NCBI GenBank assembly: GCA_002104905.1
Contig: MCFE01000286.1
Location: 39,056-103,055, forward strand
Length of the DNA stretch: 64,000 nucleotides
DNA from: Basidiobolus meristosporus CBS 931.73
Taxonomy: Eukaryota; Fungi; Basidiobolomycota
Reading direction: 5' to 3'
Made by a program: the position numbers and the translations under genes. Positions 1 through 17,963 of this stretch are shown piece after piece. The notes below the pieces were generated by a model. The model made no database searches. It was not told the origin of the DNA and was given only the letters and a program-made list of their open reading frames with translations. Numbering within the stretch: the stretch's first letter is position 1; the number at the start of each line of letters is the position of its first letter.

Positions 1-2821
<2,821 letters not shown>

Positions 2822-3741
2822 GTGTTGCTCCCATATAAATATCCTGCCTCAGAATTATACATATTAAAGTTATCTTGCAACCACTGGTGTCAGTATGAAC
2901 CAAATGGGGCAGCGTCTTGAATTAGCAATGATTTCATACAAGGCCCAGTTATTGGAAAACCCTGTATAGAATTTCTCTGCCACCATTTTCAATGGTCAAG
3001 AACTACGACAAGCTATGGGTGGCTGTAGCTTAGTTTTTGTCAGTTGTATCCCATTGATGCGTGTAATTGGATCATTTCGAAGATTTCCTTGTTAGGCTTG
3101 ACAGAATTTGTCCTGGAGGTGGTTGCAACCAATGAGGATCCTCATTCGATACATCATAATGACGGCCTTTTCAAGGAACGAATGATCGGCGTTGGTTGTA
3201 CAAATAGCCAGACTTTTGTTGATGTGTTGGGTTTGTCCAAGGTGGCTGAGCATTATTGGTAACTTCATTAGAACTGCCCATGAGGCCAACGGTTGGAATA
3301 TGTTTACCATGAACTACCTGGGTGATTGGGGAAGGGGGAATTTGGGTAGTTCAGGTGAGGAAAAGGATGTCGAGGCTCGCCTTGGGCTGTATTGTGGTAG
3401 TAGAGTAACCCTTGGAAAGAATGTAGAATCCACTGGAACAATGTAGTTCATTCCCATCATGGATGGGATGACTGATGAAATAAACATGGGATTCCTAATC
3501 GTATCGAACATATCCCTTGTCAGAAGCTTGCTTTTTCCACGGTTAATGACTGCGAGGGAGGGGCTTTGAAAGTACTGCTTGACAGTTTCCCTCCTTGATA
3601 TCGCTTACGCGGAGCGGGGATGAATCAACATTTGCGCTTGGTTCGCCACCACCATATTGGCCATCCTTGGACACATCAAAGTGGGGACGCAGTATGCTTA
3701 CAATAATAGCTGATATTTTATTTATAACAAATTGGTGCTAG

Positions 3742-6678
3742 TTAGCTGGGGTTGATTTGGCGCTCCACCTGTTGCCAATGGGCTTGGTTGAGAACATGCT
3801 GCTTGTTGGTCTTCTGGTCTAGACCCTGACGATGATAAAGATCTGTGGAGAAAGGTGGTTAGGTTTGATGGTGGAGGTGGAAGTGAGAGTGAAAGTGGAG
3901 GCGGGGCATACCTCTTAAAAGGCCGCCAGCGACTAAACATCCCATATCATTTCGACTATTACGAGAGAGAAGATAGGCCGTAGTGAGCATCTTTTCTGAC
4001 TGATCGTTTTGTGTATGCTGGAAGAGTGTTCCCAGCAATGATAGAGTCATGGCCTTCAGCTGAGTATTATACAACGTAGAGGTAAGCTTCAACGTCTCCA
4101 GGAGATTTTGTCTGGTAACAAAGGGTGGAGTGGGGTGTTAGAAACTTTCTCGCCTTTGCCAAATAATAGAAATAAACCCCTACTTCGCCTTGACTATCTC
4201 ATGAGTGACAAGGCCTTCGACGGCATGAAAAACTGCTTTGAGCCCGTCCAATCTTCCTTCTAGGCAATCGGTTCGTATACCGTCAAGCATTGCATTAACC
4301 TTCAAAGGCTAAGTTCAGTAAGTGTTGACCAAGAAACGCCAAGTGTGTTGGATTACCATTTCTCGATTAGAGGCGGATAAGCCTATGTGTATCAAGGCTT
4401 GATTCAAACGCACAAGTGCTACTAATTCGCGATTATCAGTACTCTACAAAATGGTTAGCGTCAGGTCATTGGGGGGGGGGGATCGCAAGAACACTTTACC
4501 CTTGCAGCCGCCTCGTAGAACTCCAGAGCTTCAGCACTTTGGCCTTGGTATTGGCAGAGCATCCCCCAACTTGAGCAAATCAAGGCAGCGATTTTCTCCC
4601 AAAAACCACATGTGTACGACCATGAGATTAGCTCCAAAAGAGTCTACAAAGATAAACGATTCCTTCAATTGGTCGCCACGATTAACGCCCACCGAATTAG
4701 TGCAGCTTACCTTCGTCGCTTCTTGAAATTCCGATCTAAGCATCAGTGCATCAGCTAAATGAAGGAGCATGTACCCCTTAACAACGGCACACCATTTCTT
4801 ATGCTCAATGGCCGCTGGCTGGTTTGGACAACCTGAAGATGGAGCCAAGTTATGCACAATGTTCGATTAGAAAAAGATAAAGCATCGTGGTCATACCTAT
4901 GAATGTATTGAACTGGACTAAGCACACCAATGCAAAAGGAATACGAAGGTTAGTTTGACATAGTAGGTTGATTCGAAGGTATCAAAAGATTACGGACGGT
5001 CAATGTTCTTCAGCCCTTCGGTCAGGAACGTTTTCGCTTTCAGATTGGTGTTGTCCGATTTGTTGCACATCCCCGAGATCAAATACGCCAAGCTGTAGAG
5101 TTGATTCTTGGTTAGCCACCCAGCTGTCATAACGGAGAACGTCTCGTAGTGCCCCTGGGAATAGTTGTTTACAAGTGTGGACGACCGGATGGGTATCTAA
5201 TCTTGCACAACTGACGTCAGAATGAGGCTGCGAATATCATTGAACATATGCAGGAACAACCTTAATGAACCCTTGTATATCCTGAAGCTCGGTCATCGAC
5301 GGAGTCTCTAAAAGAGAGTACATCTCTGTCGTATACTGCATAGCCGTCTTGATATTCCCCGTGTGAGTGGTGTAGATTATTAAGATCATATAGTAGCAAA
5401 GATGGAGATTTCTATTCTGTACAATTGGTCTTCCTTGGCTCATCATGCTGCTCTCCCCCGGCTGAGGAAATAGTCCAGAGACCTGCGACAGACCCTCATT
5501 CACGATATGATACTGCTGAAATGAGAGAGCGTACTGGCACTTGGTCAATAGAATACATGCCTGTGTTGGAACTCGTTAGCAGTTGGATCCCGCTACGGCC
5601 GAATGAAATAGACCTCTCACCTTCATGTCTGGCTCCTGACGTCTCTCAGCGAACTGCAATGCCTCGCTGAGTGTACTAAGACAGCGCCCGAAATCATGAT
5701 CAATATAATACAACTTGGCACGAAGTAGCAGAAAGTGATATATCCAAACCGGTAGGTTCAACCTGCGCAAATGGAGTAAAACTCAGAGTCGGTGAAGTGA
5801 TGACAGGTACTACGCATAGCTTACTCTCCAGCTTCAATTATGGAATTCTTGAGAACGTTTTGTGCAATCTTGAAATTGCGGGTACGTTCCAAAATCTGGC
5901 ACTGCAAGTCGATCATCTGAAATTTCAGCTCCGAATATCCCTCAAGCTATGAAAGTGCATGTTAGTCGACGATGTGGAACTTAGGTGCCAGTAGAAAACG
6001 CGCTCCACGAACCTTCTGTGCGAGTAGAATCTATATTTATCAAAAATATACTGTGAGTGGTCAACGAAAAGGTGGAAAGTAACGTCGACTACGAACCGCC
6101 TTCTGCAAGTGCTCCTCGGCTTCGACCACGTTTTCAGTATACTGGAAGAGTATTTGTGACAGACGAAAACGTGTCTTGGTTTCAATCTTGGGCATTACTG
6201 TGACTCGAGAAGGTGTAGTGGGTGTTCTAGGGGCTTGGGGTCCTGAACCACGCATGGGGGTGTTGAAACGCATAGGGGAGGGCGAATTTCCTCCAGGAAA
6301 CAGATTCGTACCCCTTCCCGATCTTAGTACGGCCTCAAGACAGTACACTGCTGACTTGATGTCACGTTGATGTTCGATCCATTTCTGTTGCGTTGGCTGG
6401 GCAACTAAAGTCGAGGCTAATTGGCACGCGTGAGCAAGATAGTGCTCGGCCAAGGCCCAAAGAATCTTGTGCTGTGTGTTTCCTTGTGAGGGGGTCTGGG
6501 GCTCGATTTGGGTTAGCGAAGAACGGAATGGGGTACTATATATATTCCCGGGAGATTGGGTCAAGTCTTGATAGTATCCACGTCCTGATTGCGGCTCCTG
6601 TTGCTGATATCCACCAGTACGGTTTTGCACCGGTGTAGTTGGCTGCTTGGGTATTCCTTGCCCTGGATATTGATACAT
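3742..6678 (-). CDS. MAU2: Cohesin loader subunit MAU2/Scc4 (TPR-like), multi-exon
   Basis: Exon 1 has ETKTRFRLSQILFQYTENVVEAEEHLQKA; later exons read WIYHFLLLRA and NTQLKAMTLSLLGTLF..QSEKMLTTAY; the last exon ends QVERQINPS*. Internal exon boundaries not all resolved. Confidence 0.8.
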
Positions 6679-7234
6679 AATCGAGAACTTTACGGGAAAA
6701 CCGAGAATTATCGAGGAAAGTTAAGGACAACGGTATTCGTAACTCTGGAGAAACACGAGAAATATTATGTATTATATGGTTTATGCGTAGAAGCTTCTTT
6801 GTATCCCTTGGTTCTGTAACCTCTAGATTAATGTTCGACCTTGGGTATTTGCGCTTGACTCTATATGATAAACCTAATACTCTCCGTGATGCGCTGTGTT
6901 GTGTTGTGATATGAATAACTAAAATAAATCTCGAATTCACAACAATAGGATCGTGGGAGTGGCCCCCTTCCTTCACCCCTTTATCCGCAAAAGCATCACA
7001 ATCCTCTGAATCAATGCTAATTAATTGTGATCAACAGTGGATTGCGGCGCTTTATTCGATTAATCAAGAGGAAGTACACAGATTCGCTGCAGTTGACAGG
7101 ATAGTCATGACATCTCATAAAATAAAGCATACTGGCATACAAAGAGCATTTCAATAGTGCTCATCAAAATTGAGAACAAACAGGGAGTAAAGAAATAAAT
7201 ATTCATCTAAGCATGATATACTACGGACGTCGCA

Positions 7235-7890
7235 TCATCCCAATCCTCCCCAAACGCCTCGAATCCGTCTAGCAAGCTGGATATCCCTCTGCATCAGTGT
7301 AACACGCTTGGCATGGATTGCACATAGGTTACTGTGAAATGCATATTAGTTGATGGGTTCATGAGTCCGTAGATAATGGATACCTACGCGTCCTCGAACA
7401 GGTGAACCAGGAAGGCCTCGGTGGCTTCTTGCAGCGCCATGATGGCATGGCTCTGCCAGCGCAGACCTACTTGTTCTTGGCTAAATTCGCCCAACACATA
7501 TTCTGCAGCTATCTCTCTGACCTGTTGTCGGTGTGAATTACTGCAGGTTCAAAGAGGAAAGAGTCCTGACGTACCAATCGAGCAAAAGGGAGTTTTCGAA
7601 GGAGGAGGTCCGTGGTCTTCTGATAATGGCGTATCTCACGAAGTGCAACTGTTCCAGGGCGGTATCTTCTGGTCTTGGTGGTACCGGGGGTTCTTGTACC
7701 TGAAGGCTTGGTTAGCCACCGAAGATGAACAAGCAAAGGAGGTGGAGATACTTTTGGCTGGGGTACGCTTGGTCTTTGGGGTGGTTTTTATGCTTGTTCT
7801 GGGTGAAGTCCTTTGAATCGGTTTGGGCACAGTTTTCTTGGAGGATTTGGCGGCCAGGTTGGACTTCTGGTTGTGCTTGGTTCTTGTCAT
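7235..7890 (-). CDS. CENPA: Centromeric histone H3 variant (CENP-A/CenH3), 4 exons
   Basis: Divergent N-tail, then [35 protein letters not shown], a lengthened loop 1 ([18 protein letters not shown]), and [31 protein letters not shown]. Confidence 0.92.
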
Positions 7891-8769
7891 TGCACCGAAA
7901 TAGGTTTGCTGCAGGGCCTATTCACGAAGGAACGAAAATGATATACTGTTTAAGAAGTTACGCGACAAATGGAGGATGTACGTCTGGGGTAGAAGGGCAG
8001 TCCACTGAGAATAAAATTAAGTAAATTCATGATACATCAGTCCAGAGACCCTTTTAAATTATCCTGCTATGTTAACTCGATCATGATTGGCCAGATTAGG
8101 AAATTAACAAATGTAATATGTTTAAAAGTAGAATCACCCATTGTGAAGGCCAGTATTTCAATTCATTGTCCAGACAGCAGTGCTGACTTCAGTTCAATCA
8201 AACAATGGGTGTCTACACACACTACGTCTATTAATACGCCCAAGAACCCAAACGCTTGAACCAATTATAAGGGTGGCTTTGGTGTTTTCATGCCATCTTG
8301 CTATTCTGGCTGGCTATGGTAACATATGAGTGTTCCAACAGTGCACTGAATTTGATTGTAAATGGGGGGGCGTTATCGATGGGTTTGAAGCCATTTCACA
8401 GCTTTGCACTTACACAAGCCAACGTCTAGCTACGGTTTACGGCTTGGTAAGACACCTTGAGCTGTGACATCTAGATTAACCGGCTCCTCATGGCTATATT
8501 GGCTCAACGAAGAACGCAGCGCCACTTTCTGGACAGCGAAAATAACGATGGACGTCACATAAGTCATCCGTTGGGTTAAATGGGTTTTGGACTAAAGTTT
8601 TATGTAACATAGTGCATTCGATATAGTGCCAATAACTCGCAGCTGAGACTCAAAAACATACAACCAGGGGGACTGGAAAAGATTGAGCGATTCTCGAATG
8701 ATGGGTGGCATTCGAATAATATACAAACGTTGCCAAAAATAGAAGCGGAGGTATGTGCGGGCTTTCAGC

Positions 8770-10093
8770 TCACCAATTGCCGCGTTGTTTCTCCGCATCA
8801 GTCAACGGGACGTACTGGATTAGATCGATGTTAGCTCTTCACATCAGCTTTTAAGGTTCGAGACAGTCCTGACCATAACTCCCATCAACTCTTCCTCTTT
8901 GATTTCTCCGTTCTCGTCCTTGTCAATCTGATAGATAGACTGCGAGTGTAATTCACTACCTACCGGTATAAACATGCTACCAGTATGGCTCGATATCAGT
9001 ATTTCGTGTGGTAAATTGGCACTTTCTAGCTTCCAAAAGACTTACCGCCCAGGGCTTTTCAGTTGGTTGATGAGCTTAAAACGCAATACGATGGTTAGAA
9101 AAGAATGTTTTGAGCTTCTTCAAGTAAAATAATGTTTACTCACTGCCATTGGCGTTTTCACCGCCGCTGCCCCAACATGGCTGGCATTGAAGTTGCGGTT
9201 AGTGCCAGCAAATGTGCTGTATCCAACGTGCAAGTGCTTACATGCAATCATAGGGCCCGTTTTCTGGATGGCCTTTACGACCATCGCCGGTGACAAATTG
9301 AACTCTCCCCGATTCAAGAAACTCAGGATGATCAGCCTTTACATTGTTGGTTGATAAATCCACCAGCTCAGAAATGTGCTCGATGCCAACCACCTGGCCA
9401 TTCTCGCCAACCTATATAAGCATGTCATACGCTGTAAACTACTACTTCCATGGTGAATATGATCTAGTTAGGATGGTACCATGCTAGCCATACAGCTTGT
9501 CAGATAACCTGATCCACTGCCAACATCAAGAGCTTATGAATCCAAGCGTTATTTCTCTCGGGTCTCAACAATCAACTGGAACTCCGCTGAATACTAACCC
9601 TTCATTCCCGGTTTTAAATATCCTTTGAGATATTCCAAGGCATAGGCGTGCATATGGCTTGTGACAAACCACATTAGCCGTTGGCTAAGTAAAGTTAGGT
9701 GCAAAAGGCACTTACGGTGCAGAAATCGTAGCCCCATAGCCTATTGTCTGAGGAGAATCATCATACGGTTTAATGGGAGCATAGTGCTTACGATCAACTA
9801 AAGACATTGCACGATAGACTTCGGTTGATTGGATGATTCCGGAGGCTGAACAAGGATTCTCGCGGTGTTACTGGTTGTGGGCTTGTTGTGAACGCAGCAA
9901 CGTTAAAAACAACATACCTTTAAGGTTGTTGATAAGCCCAATATTGGTATTTGCTTCTCGTCGCAAAGATCAAAAAGAAACTGGGTTAGAATTCAGAGAG
10001 ATTATGTGAAAGTAACATTACTAAATGACCATCCATAAGAAAGGCCAGACATATGTATATGTTGAAGTATATACCGGAGCACCTCCAAGCCAT
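8770..10093 (-). CDS. PCMT1: Protein-L-isoaspartate O-methyltransferase (PIMT), many short exons
   Basis: Exons read [66 protein letters not shown] and [14 protein letters not shown]. Confidence 0.93.
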
Positions 10094-10894
10094 GTCGGTA
10101 TGTAAAGTTTTGCTTAACAGTAAGATGGATAATGTGGCTTTGTTCCGGGAGGGTCTATTCAATACAAAGTTTTGAATTGTATTTGCAAAACTCTCACGTG
10201 ATACCACCAACAGATCGTGGATTAAATATGCGTATGAAATAGAGTTAAAGTTTGAGGGTTCCTGTCGATAGCGAGGTTAAGTATCCTGGTATACTTGCTA
10301 CGTCTCGAAATAGGTCGTTAAGGGTAAACTGAAAGCTGTAGCCAACACTCTTTCGCATGAACAGAATTCCATTACGTAACCGTATCATCGTTTACTAGTA
10401 GTAAGAGTTGCCATGATTCGACCTCCATGATAAGTGCACTTCGTGACAACCACTAGTAGGTTTGCTACTTGGTTTATCTGCTTGTAAGCGGCTACCAAAA
10501 GAGTGGATCGAGTGCCTGGCCCAGGTAAAAGCCCTTGTATCTAATGCACATCTACAAAAGCTGAGATAGGCATCTAGTTGGGATATGGAACATGACATTG
10601 ATGGCGGTAAGAATGGAGATTAAGTATCTAACATTGGCCAAATTGGTGATATCCAACGTAATTTACTGTCCGAATCGGTTTGTTCTCCAGCATTGATGGA
10701 GTTGGTTCAATCGCATTTCTGCATTTAGTAAGCTCCTGCTGACATATCTTCCCACTATCCTGTTTATTGGTGGATTTTTTCCAAGTGAGACCTCGATATA
10801 ACTCGTCATTTTGGCTCGATTGCTGGATATTAATTTTGGTTGCACCTCAGGAGAGCTTCTACTCAAAGAAAGCCTGTCAAATTCACATTTGAAT

Positions 10895-12666
<1,772 letters not shown>

Positions 12667-13761
12667 TCGCGTTCCATCCTCTCAACATTCATGCTAAATT
12701 AGACGGATGCTGAGCATTTTGGTTAAAGGGAACTCTAGCCCTCCATCACCTTCGTCCATCCTTTCAACTTAAATAATCCCGTCGCTGCAATCTGAGTTTC
12801 TTCACGTTTCCAAAAGCATCATTAAACAAGAGAAGTATCAAGTAGCTTCAGAGTGTATTATGCGTACGTTGTGATCACAAGGGTTTATCCCACGCTTTGA
12901 ATATAGTAAATTCAAGGCCAGAAACCTGATTGCTTGGAGGTTTAGAAGTGAGGATGTTTTGAGAACAGGGGCATTAATCAGAAATTTTCCTCATTGTTTG
13001 AGAGACAAAGAGATGATAAGCCGAAAGACAACAATGCGAGCGACCTCAGATAAAACCATGTTGGCATCGATTCTTTCGTTTGGGTCTTTTCATGGATTCA
13101 GATTGAGTTTATTGCTGACCTTCCGGACAACACTTAATGTACATTATTGAAGTATCGACGGAGTTCCCACGTAAACGCATCAGCCATCCCTTTGCGGGCC
13201 TCTAGTGTCTTTTTGTCTGGAAACAGGTCTGCCTATTCTTCAGCTGTCAAGCAGGTGAGAGTTTGCACAGCTATACCGAGTGTTGTCAGCATCGGCGGAG
13301 AGTTTTTTGATGGTGGATGTACACCGGCTGCCTTCATGTTTGGGACAACTACATCGAGTCGGTAAAGTCGCGGCAACACACAAAGTCACAACGCATCAAG
13401 GTATTCCGCCTTGGTCATGCTTGCCCAGAGCACGCACAGACCCCTTGGTTGCCTCCAACGTTGCTAGACATCAAGTATAACAAATAGCCAAACAAATCTC
13501 TGATCAACTACGGATGTGATAAATCAGCATTACATCAAGTGTGGATAAGTTAAATTCATCCAGATACTCGTACTCGAATGGCTAAATATTGAATGCACTG
13601 AAATAATTGATTGATGGAGCGTTTTCCACCAATCCTTTCCCCCTTTTTTAGGGTAGGAAAGAATCCAATGACTCGAGAGAATCATCAGTAGGTGAGATAG
13701 TTCACGTACACCACTAAGAGGAATAAGCTAACTCTTGGTGACCCATTGAAAACGCGTTATC

Positions 13762-15727
13762 ATGTCCTCTGGCAATCCTACAGATCAATCTAATAACCCA
13801 GCACAGAACACAGCACAAAATACCAGCCCACAGATCTCTAATTCACAGACTGGTTCGGAGGCCCAATCTATATCTGCTCGAACACCACAGAATTTAGCTG
13901 CCACCATGTCCCAACAGTCACCACAATCCAACAATCCTCTTGCTAGACCAAACCAAAAACAACTCCCTCCACAGAATATCAGTAATCCTTCTCTTGGGCA
14001 AGGAGGGAGCTCCACTCCCTCGCTGACTTCGCTCCAACAAAACCTCTCGATGAATCCACAACTGTCCAATCTGGTCCAGCAAGTTTTGGCTCAAAACGCA
14101 AAAGGTCTACAAAGCGCCCCGCCCATTCAACCGCGTACCCTACAGCAGCAACCAACCTTCTCCCAAAAACTAGCCTCACAGTTGGGCCAACCAACCAACC
14201 AATATCTAGCACAACAAGCCCTGGCTGCAGCTCAGAATAAAAACAAACGGGGGCCGAAGCCCAAACCCAAGGGCCCGGTAAGTCTGCCTGCACGGAATTT
14301 GTCTGCACTCAATGGACAGCAGCAAGCATCATTGCTCCAGGCCGCCAGCGCAGCAGCAGCAGCGCAAAAGCAACAGCTTAGCCAACTATCACAAACCAAA
14401 ACGAACCCGGGCATTCCGGGAACCACGATGAGGCCAGGGGCGCTCAACACTGCTAGGGTGGCGCCGAATACTGGGGCAGCCAACAGACCTGGAGTGTCAC
14501 CGCTGCTGCGTTCCGTCTCTAATCCAGCGATCGTAGAGAAGTTACGGAAAAACATCCTGATCATCAGGCAAGCGTTACAAAGAACTGACTTGACCCCAGA
14601 GGAAAGGGAAACATACGAAAAAGAACAAGCCAACAGTACCAGGTGCATCGCACTGTATGAAAGTCTGACGCCTAGGGCCGCCGCAGCAAGCGCTAATGCC
14701 GAAGGTAAGTGATGATCATCTGATTGGTGAAGTGATGCAGGGTAATTGGGTGGTGATGGTCCCGTTGGTTCTGTTTGAGGACCGTTGGCAGCCTATGTTC
14801 AGGACCCAGCTGAGATGCCATATATTTAACTGACACGGGTTTGCTTGGGTATTTAGGCGGCACAAGCACGGCCAACGCCAATGGAGCATCCGGCCTGGCC
14901 CAGTCCATCAAGCCAGTCACACCCACCGCGCAGCGGAGCATCTCAGCACAGTCACCGCAGCTAACGGTCACGCTAAAATCCAGCCCAAGTGTGCCAGTGA
15001 CACCGGGGAGCAACGTGGTCAGTAGCCTAGGCGGACAAACACAGACCATGCCGATCAACGCGATGGCCAAAGCCGTCACTCCGGTGCCAAAGCCCATCGC
15101 GCCTACGGCTACGCCCACGCAATATTCGAACGGCTTGAGCCTGCCCGGCACACCAACGTCGCTTAGACCCACCCCACTGGACATCGAAAATAACGGCCAA
15201 CTGCTGTCGAAGCGCAAGATCCAGGAGTTGGTAGGCCAGATCGATCCCAACGAAAGACTGGAGTCGGAAGTTGAAGATGTACGTATTGGAGTAGAATGCA
15301 ACTAGATGGACTCGTCTAACTTGTCAATTCAGATTCTCCTGGAAGTCGCGGATGAATTCATCGAGTCAGTCACGAACTTCGCTTGTCGCCTGGCGAAGCA
15401 CCGGAAATCCAATACACTGGAGGTGAAGGATCTGCAGCTCCACCTTGGTAAGTAAGCATGCAGCGTGCCGACCATAGCCCTTCCACCATACTCACCGCCG
15501 TTTTCATGGCTGCAGAGCGTAACTGGAACATCCGTATACCAGGATTTGCCAGCGACGAGATCCGTTCACTGAGAAAGCCAAACATCCCCACCTCACACCA
15601 GCAAAAGACGAATGCTATCAATACTGCCAAGGCTCAGGCAGCGCTCGGCATCGTCCCGGCGGGACAAAATACCAACCCCCCTGCAACGAGTGCTGCTGGG
15701 AATTCGCAGAGTGTCAAGAAGGAGTAA
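13762..15727 (+). CDS. TAF12: TFIID/SAGA subunit TAF12 with a long Q/N/S-rich N-terminus, 4 exons
   Basis: Histone-fold segment [75 protein letters not shown]; all splice junctions stay in frame. Confidence 0.93.
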
Positions 15728-15961
15728 AGCCTGTTCCAGTCCGGCGCATTCTGGGATCCCTCAATGCCAATCCAATCCAAGTGCATATATGTCTGTATGA
15801 TGCAAATGTGCCCACCCGTTCCGTTCCAACATAGAAGTGAATCTTTTTAATTAATCAATGAAGTTGCTTCCCCCTATTCCCCCTCATCGTCTTTTCCTTG
15901 TAATAAAGTGAATGCGTCGAATAGATTGCGCAAAGTACTCCTGCAGTTGTCATGGTTGGCG

Positions 15962-17021
15962 ATGCGCTGCAGATCAAGTGGCATCCTAAATGGTCCGGAA
16001 GAAGTGCTGGTGTGGGACAAGGTGTGTCGCAGACTAGGAGAGGTGGAGCAAATACGAAAGGACGGTAGTGGCATGTTCCCTCAGATCGACTCATTGCACA
16101 AGTTGTTGGGCGATGAGGTAGGCTAAGGAAACCGTATCGCAAAAGCTCTGTTTTAACCAACGGCTGACGCAGGTGCGGCTTCTGCAAACCGTAGCCTTGC
16201 CAAGCTTTACAAAGAGGGGAAGGTCAACCTAGCTAAAAAGCAGAGGTATCGGAGCATTCACTTTTCCTTAGCACTTTCATGAAACACAACGGTGACGGGC
16301 TTCCCCTTAGAGTGATCTCCACAGCCCTTGAACGTCTCTAAATACTTCTAGCTTTACAAGACTCTTTTACTGGAACGGGTATACCTCATAATTTGGCCGG
16401 TGGTTTTGCGGATTGGCCGTCTCAACTTTGGTCACCCTCTTGATTTGTAGAGAACATCAAGCCAAAAAAGCGAAAGAGTAAAGGCGAGAGTACAATCACC
16501 ACTGTAAAAAGCTAGACCATATATCCAGAAATCAGCCATATTCTAACAGTGCAGCTGGCTCTCTTCAATCAGCCACAGTGCATTCAAACACCAGGTACCA
16601 AGTAGAGGATGCTGATGTGGTTGAAAATAGAAGGCGAATGTGGGACACAGCACATGCATGAGTTGCTCCGATTCTTACTAATCTCTGTGTTGCCCATAGG
16701 AGATATGATCTACCGCCGCGCAACATCATCCCACTGCCCGAGGAGGTAGTTCTTGGTGAATATCCGGAGTTCGAGGTTGATCATGTTGTGCTAGCACTGT
16801 ATCCAAATACAACGTGCTTTTACAAGGCGATTGTGGTGCTTCCGCCCAGCAAGGTGCATTTTGTAGATTGTCATATTTCAATCGACCATCCCAATCGTTC
16901 TTCCTAGATCAAAGAAAGGCCGTACCAGGGGAGATACTGCGTGAGCTTCGAGGACGACGACGATGTAGACAGGTTTGTTCCGGTAATATGTGTTGTAGAG
17001 ATGCCTAAAAGTGCGAAGTGA
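15962..17021 (+). pseudogene. SGF29: SAGA-associated factor 29 (SGF29), apparently damaged
   Basis: The second Tudor is clear (VLALYPNTTCFYKAIV..YCVSFEDD). There is an in-frame TAA at 16339-16341 (ALERL*ILLAL), exons 1 and 2 do not join in phase at canonical sites, and the first-Tudor WILA segment was not found. Confidence 0.65.
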
Positions 17022-17963
17022 AAGTAGGGGCTTCTGGCTAATTGCTATACCTCTATCATTTGTCTATGAAACAAAAACCTCGATGACTAGTTGCCTGCCA
17101 GTATCAGCGCGCTATCGCTCATTCGTTGTATACTCATAATGAGAGGCCATGATGTGGCCACTCTTTTTGGGTTTGGCCAAGCGTAGCAGCTGCCCATTTG
17201 CCCGTTACCACTTGGAACGTGGACTTCCTCCAGTTCATGTAAAAGACGCCTTCTGATGTCTAGTTTGTAGAGTACTATGCAGTGTAGGCGCATCTTGTTT
17301 GCGAAGTAAATGCAGCTAAAGTTCCTTTTTATCTTGGCGGTTTCAGCTCGGATCTTTCAGAGTTCGCGGTTTCTTCAAGAGGTTCGTTGGGAATTGATTT
17401 CTACTATAAAAGCTTATGCCACGGCCAGTGCGCTGTAACATGTTCTTCAAAGAGATACGGGAGTGGACACAGATTTCTGAGCTGCAAAACGCCTATCTTT
17501 GCTTCGTTCCAGCGCTATGGAAGGTCAGTGCTCTTCGATATGCTGATTCTTCTTTGAGAGACACATCGCACACTTGGAAGTGTGCAGTCGCGGGGTGTTA
17601 ACAAACCGGGAAAAGGATGGGCTATGCGAAATCTCAAGACGAGCAAACGAAGCCCGTGACAATCCGTCAATTCTCTGTAACCTCTCATCATATTATACTA
17701 CTTGTAGAGGCGTTGGACACACATGATACGGAGGTAGTGAATACACTAACAATGCAAGGATGGCGAGATCACAATCAAATCCAAGGGAATAAAATGTATG
17801 AATGAGTAACTTTATTGGTTGGTATTCCAACTGCCACTTGAGCAGTAGAGCACACTAGCAACTTAGCGTATCCACGAACAACTTACTATCGAGCTGACAT
17901 ATTGAATTGGCATTTGCATAAACGCCAAGCGCCTTGTTGAGTAGGCTGGTTGAAGCGGTTCTC

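Noticed and set aside
2983-3650. Short ORFs between the PI4K and MAU2 3' ends
   Set aside because: No consistent exon chain or recognisable protein; probably UTR or intergenic.
6536-6976. 146-aa ORF overlapping the MAU2 start
   Set aside because: Out of frame with MAU2 and without motifs; likely 5' UTR or promoter.
12959-13480. ORF fragments between MAPK and TAF12
   Set aside because: No spliceable model with a credible product on either strand.
13785-15301. Several 90-200 aa minus-strand ORFs
   Set aside because: Antisense to low-complexity TAF12 exons; no motifs.
17087-17805. Short ORFs between SGF29 and NMT
   Set aside because: No recognisable motifs or consistent splice sites.
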